A DNA stretch of 64,000 nucleotides, from positions 32,001 to 96,000 of the IMG/VR virus record IMGVR_UViG_3300046787_000130. One strand, 5' to 3'. The DNA is from a virus. The notes under the pieces were generated by a model. It did no database searches and was not told where the DNA came from. It worked only from the letters and a program-made list of their open reading frames with translations. Position 1 is the stretch's first letter; every line of letters starts with the position of its first letter. The translations under genes and the position numbers were made by a program. Of this stretch, positions 60,406 through 64,000 are shown piece after piece.

Positions 60406-61038
60406 ATGTGCGCAGTAATTGGAGTTGACCTCAAGAATCCTTCAATGGATGACTTGCATCTTGTTATGAATGTCTTCCTTGAATCTAAGATTCGTGGAAT
60501 GCACGCAACAGGCTTAACCTTTCTATGTGATAACAAACTAATAACATTGATTGCGCCATTGCCGGCAGATAAGTTTTCTCCGATTGAAAACCTATTAGAT
60601 ATGGTAGACAACAACGCGCTTAAACTAATTGGTCATTGTCGGTATAGCACTAGTGACCTTGAATATAATCAACCGCTATACAATAATGATGTTGCCATCG
60701 TTCATAATGGCGTTATCTCTCAGGAACTACCTGAGAACTGGGAGAAGTTGTATGGGATTACTACAAAGACTAAAAACGATAGTGAACTGTTATTGCACAC
60801 AGTCGCTGATAGTCCTCTTATGCTATGGTCTAACGCTAGCATTGCTGCTATTGAGTTGCATCGCAGCGGTGTAATGAAGGCTTATCGAAATGGTAAGCGA
60901 CCGCTGTATGTAACTGAACTAGATAATGGTGTTATCTATACGTCAACTGCTGATATCATGTACAGAGCATCTAAAGGCAGGTATGTTGCCAAGCGGCTTG
61001 ATTTTGAAGGAAAGGATTTACAGTGGACTATCGCTTAA
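60406..61038 (+). CDS. Class II (Ntn) glutamine amidotransferase, stand-alone
   Basis: Cys2 nucleophile (MCAVIG), RG.HATG, GHCRYST, HNG, NDSE and RPLY. Confidence 0.85.
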   Translation: MCAVIGVDLKNPSMDDLHLVMNVFLESKIRGMHATGLTFLCDNKLITLIAPLPADKFSPIENLLDMVDNNALKLIGHCRYSTSDLEYNQPLYNNDVAIVHNGVISQELPENWEKLYGITTKTKNDSELLLHTVADSPLMLWSNASIAAIELHRSGVMKAYRNGKRPLYVTELDNGVIYTSTADIMYRASKGRYVAKRLDFEGKDLQWTIA

Positions 61039-62042
61039 AAGAAAATCGACGTGAAGCATTCATCCGTTGGTATGCTTGGGCATTAGAGTACAAAGACTGC
61101 GACCCTGCTGTTTGGCTTACAAACTACCTCAACAAGCGTTATGAACATAATGATGAAGAACGTATTTGGTTATGTTGGTTGTATGGTAATACTTACCAGT
61201 TGCCTACAGCATGGGTACTCAAGAATGAATTTCCAGACTATGAACTTGCTACAGTAGATAGAATCACTGCTTGGAACACTACTAACTATAAGAGACTGCG
61301 ATATCAAACTGACACCAAGTGGAACAAGGGTCATCTGCCTGCGATGTTCGCATCATATCAAGAACTAATCGGCAATCGCAGCCAACGTGAAGTGATGGAG
61401 AGTTATTATGAGGGAACACCTGAAACTAATTTTAATAGCATATGGAATCTATTTCAGAGCAGTCTCCATAAGTTTGGTCGTTATTCTTGCTGGTTCTATC
61501 TACAACATCTTCATCACACTGCTGGTCTTGATGTTGTACCTACTAATCTCATGCTCTCTGATTATAGTGGCTCCCGTTCACATCGTAACGGCTTGCTTTT
61601 CGCCCTTGGACAAGATGACAGTGTCGATGAGCGCCTTTCAAGCGCGAAATATAATAGTCTTGAGTCAGCTGCGGCAGATATTCTCATCGAAATGAAAATT
61701 CGATTCCCTAAGATACGGGATGAGATTAATTTCTTTACGATGGAAACCTGCTTGTGTTCATTCAAGAAACTATTCAGAGAGAAGCATGGACGATATCTTG
61801 GGTATTATCTTGACAGGCAATCTGAAGAGATAGTACAAGCAGAGCAAGATGGTTGGCATGGCATTGATTGGAGTGTACTATGGCAAGCGCGAAATGAGAC
61901 ACTAGACAATCGGTTGGTAGGCAGAAAAGAAATTGAGGATGAAAGGTTTACTTTTTTCCTCCGTTCAGGTAGAATAGACCGATTGGAATGGATGTTTGAT
62001 GATTCCGCTTTGCCTGTAGGCTTGGAGGCATTTTATGATTAG
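61023..62042 (+). CDS. aGPT-Pplase (amino acid:DNA transferase)-like protein
   Basis: DCDPA, W..WLYG.TY, HhH-like KFGRYSCWFYLQ, SRSHRNGL, ETCLCSFKK and RYLGYY resemble alpha-glutamyl/putrescinyl thymine pyrophosphorylase clade 2. Neighbourhood supports the call. GTG start. Confidence 0.72.
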   Translation: MDYRLKENRREAFIRWYAWALEYKDCDPAVWLTNYLNKRYEHNDEERIWLCWLYGNTYQLPTAWVLKNEFPDYELATVDRITAWNTTNYKRLRYQTDTKWNKGHLPAMFASYQELIGNRSQREVMESYYEGTPETNFNSIWNLFQSSLHKFGRYSCWFYLQHLHHTAGLDVVPTNLMLSDYSGSRSHRNGLLFALGQDDSVDERLSSAKYNSLESAAADILIEMKIRFPKIRDEINFFTMETCLCSFKKLFREKHGRYLGYYLDRQSEEIVQAEQDGWHGIDWSVLWQARNETLDNRLVGRKEIEDERFTFFLRSGRIDRLEWMFDDSALPVGLEAFYD

Positions 62043-62616
62043 AGTGATTGCTGTCGGGGGTGAACCTGCTACTGGCAAGACAACCCTGATGTTTAAGTTG
62101 ATTGATATGGCTGATGATTGGGTTACTTGTAAGCCTGAAAAACTTCTTGATGCCTTGTATAGCAAGACATTAAACACTTACATTCTTGGTAAGTATGAAA
62201 AGGGAAGTACATTTCAAGGTACTGATAGGTTGAGCATGGCAGTTCAGCCTGATGCCGAAAAGTTTATCAGTAGCCTTAACTATGAAGACTCTGATGTCAA
62301 TGTAATCTTTGAAGGTGATAGGTTATTCAACAGTAAATTTCTTGAGCACTGCTCCAAGAACACTAAGCGGTTTAATATCATACTGTTGCAAGTTGCCGCT
62401 GATATTGTAAAGCAGCGACACATTAACCGCAATGATACGCAAACCGAAAAATTTATAAATGGTCGCAAGACTAAACTAGACAATATCAGTAGTTCCCTAG
62501 TGTTGATGGACTATATAAGTGTAAGGGAAAACAACACTGTTGTTGACCAGCAGAAGATTATTAGTGATATTGTTAATTACTTTAAGTGGAGTGAGAATAA
62601 TGCAACTGGAATTTAA
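62035..62616 (+). CDS. P-loop nucleotide kinase (hydroxymethyl-pyrimidine DNA kinase-like)
   Basis: GGEPATGKTT, LGKY...FQGTDRLSMAVQP and FEGDRL; adjacent to the aGPT-Pplase-like gene. Confidence 0.78.
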   Translation: MIRVIAVGGEPATGKTTLMFKLIDMADDWVTCKPEKLLDALYSKTLNTYILGKYEKGSTFQGTDRLSMAVQPDAEKFISSLNYEDSDVNVIFEGDRLFNSKFLEHCSKNTKRFNIILLQVAADIVKQRHINRNDTQTEKFINGRKTKLDNISSSLVLMDYISVRENNTVVDQQKIISDIVNYFKWSENNATGI

Positions 62617-63397
62617 GGTTGAAGATTTGAAGAAGAAGAAATTGTTTATTGCTACGCCAATGTATGGCGGGCAGTGCTTTGGTATGTATGCAAAGTCTAC
62701 GCTAGATTTACAGGCACTTTGCATTCAGCATGGAATTGATGTTAGGTTCTCATTTATCTTTAATGAATCCCTAATCACCCGCGCAAGAAACTATCTTGTT
62801 GATGAATTCCTACGTTCAGGGTTCACTCATATGTTGTTCCTTGATGCTGATATCCATTTTGACCCGCGTGACGTTATTGCCATGCTTGGTCTTGACCGTG
62901 ATATCATTGGTGCGCCATATCCTAAGAAGAGCGTTAAGTGGTCTTCTGTAAAGGAAGCAATCAAGCGCAATCCTGATATTACTCATGCTGAACTTGAAAA
63001 GGTTACAGGTGACTTTGTGTTCAATCCAGTTCCTGGTACTGAACGCTTTCAGGTTAATCAGCCTGTTGAGGTACTTGAACTTGGAACTGGCTTCATGATG
63101 ATTAAGCGTGAAGTGTTTGAAAAGTTTGAGAAGCAGTATCCTGAACTTCGCTACAAGCCAGACCACGTTGGTCAGGCTAACTTTGATGGCGCACGTTACA
63201 TTCACGCATACTTTGACACCGTGATTGACCGTGGTAAGTCAGACCGCTATCTCTCTGAAGACTATATGTTCTGTCAGTGGTGGCGTAACATGGGTGGTCA
63301 GATTTGGCTCTGCCCGTGGATGCGTACACATCACATCGGAACCTACGCCTTCACTGGCGACTTGGCTGCTGTAGCAAACTACGTCGGCACTCTATGA
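62600..63397 (+). CDS. GT-A fold glycosyltransferase-like protein
   Basis: IATPMYGG, ESLITRARN, FLDADI (DxD), GTGFMMIKREVF and LSEDYMFC; ATG at 62600. Confidence 0.75.
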   Translation: MQLEFKVEDLKKKKLFIATPMYGGQCFGMYAKSTLDLQALCIQHGIDVRFSFIFNESLITRARNYLVDEFLRSGFTHMLFLDADIHFDPRDVIAMLGLDRDIIGAPYPKKSVKWSSVKEAIKRNPDITHAELEKVTGDFVFNPVPGTERFQVNQPVEVLELGTGFMMIKREVFEKFEKQYPELRYKPDHVGQANFDGARYIHAYFDTVIDRGKSDRYLSEDYMFCQWWRNMGGQIWLCPWMRTHHIGTYAFTGDLAAVANYVGTL

Positions 63398-64000
63398 TTG
63401 TAGGGCTTGTTGGCTTTATTGGGGCTGGTAAAGGTAGTGTGGCGGACATTCTTGTTGAACGCCACGACTACTTTAAAGAAAGTTTTGCCAATAGCGTCAA
63501 GGATGCGGTTTCAGCTGTATTTGGCTGGAACCGCGCTCTTCTTGAAGGTGATACACCCGAGTCACGCGCATGGAGAGAGCAGGATGATGAATTCTGGTCC
63601 AAGAAACTAGGCAAGCCATTCTCCCCAAGACTAGCCTTACAACTTATGGGCACAGAGGCAGGTCGCGATGTATTTCACCCTGACCTCTGGGTTCATACTG
63701 TTCTACGTCGGTGTGAGAATGCACCTTGGAACAACTATGTAATTGCTGATGTTCGTTTCCCTAATGAAGTCAAAGCAATTCATGACGCAGGTGGTATTAT
63801 TGTAAGAGTTAGGCGTGGTCCAGAACCTGAATGGTATAATACTGCGCTTAAAACTAATAAAAAAATTAACTACTATGGTATGGCTGAAAACTATCCTGAT
63901 GTTCACTTTAGCGAATGGGCATGGATTGGTTCTGAAATTGATTTTGAGATTAACAACAACCGTACACTAGATGACCTAATAGAAAGAGTTGACTCTTTGG
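63394..64000 (+). CDS. gp1: Deoxynucleoside monophosphate kinase, gp1-like (runs off the window end)
   Basis: Not in the ORF track. ATGA overlap at 63394 gives MIVGLVGFIGAGKGSVAD...SFA..VKDAVS.VFGW.R.LLEG.T.ESR.WRE...PRLALQLMGTE...DVRFPNE. Confidence 0.88.
   Translation, partial: MIVGLVGFIGAGKGSVADILVERHDYFKESFANSVKDAVSAVFGWNRALLEGDTPESRAWREQDDEFWSKKLGKPFSPRLALQLMGTEAGRDVFHPDLWVHTVLRRCENAPWNNYVIADVRFPNEVKAIHDAGGIIVRVRRGPEPEWYNTALKTNKKINYYGMAENYPDVHFSEWAWIGSEIDFEINNNRTLDDLIERVDSL

Noticed and set aside
63407-63906. Short ORFs listed at the window end
   Set aside because: They overlap the real dNMP kinase frame that starts at 63394.
1-64000. tRNA or rRNA genes, alternative genetic code
   Set aside because: No cloverleaf-like sequence seen in the few gaps long enough to hold one; standard-code ORFs tile the window and all three stop codons end genes.

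Overview
This 64 kb window is part of a large T4-like myophage genome, organised like cyanophage and uncultured aquatic T4-type phages. All credible genes are on the + strand. Order: baseplate wedge genes (gp7 C-terminus, gp8) and a split VrlC/DUF4815-like pair; about 26 kb of accessory fibre genes (five Gly-X-Gln collagen-like proteins built from shared modules, a BspA/DUF285-like repeat protein, three LamG-like lectins, Gly-rich partners); the conserved neck, tail, packaging and head block (gp13-gp23, gp3); uvsY, uvsW, gp55, gp47, gp46 and peptide deformylase; a higher-GC island (HEXXH-peptidase/VWA protein, MoxR/CobS AAA+ ATPase, winged-HTH protein); and a DNA base-modification cluster (TET/JBP dioxygenase, class II glutamine amidotransferase, aGPT-Pplase-like transferase, P-loop kinase, GT-A glycosyltransferase) followed by dNMP kinase. 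Main observations: (1) the modification cluster may make an amine-substituted pyrimidine, and two of its enzymes have clamp-binding-like tails; (2) three promoters each carry a perfect IHF consensus exactly 31 nt before the -35 box; (3) an H-type pseudoknot lies just upstream of the HTH gene ribosome binding site; (4) an antisense promoter points into 22-bp-phased repeats, a candidate origin; (5) the AAA+ ATPase ends in an SSB-like DIPF tail; (6) GATC, GGCC and AGCT are strongly avoided, except AGCT within CAGCTG. All family calls come from motif recognition by eye and gene order; no database searches were run.
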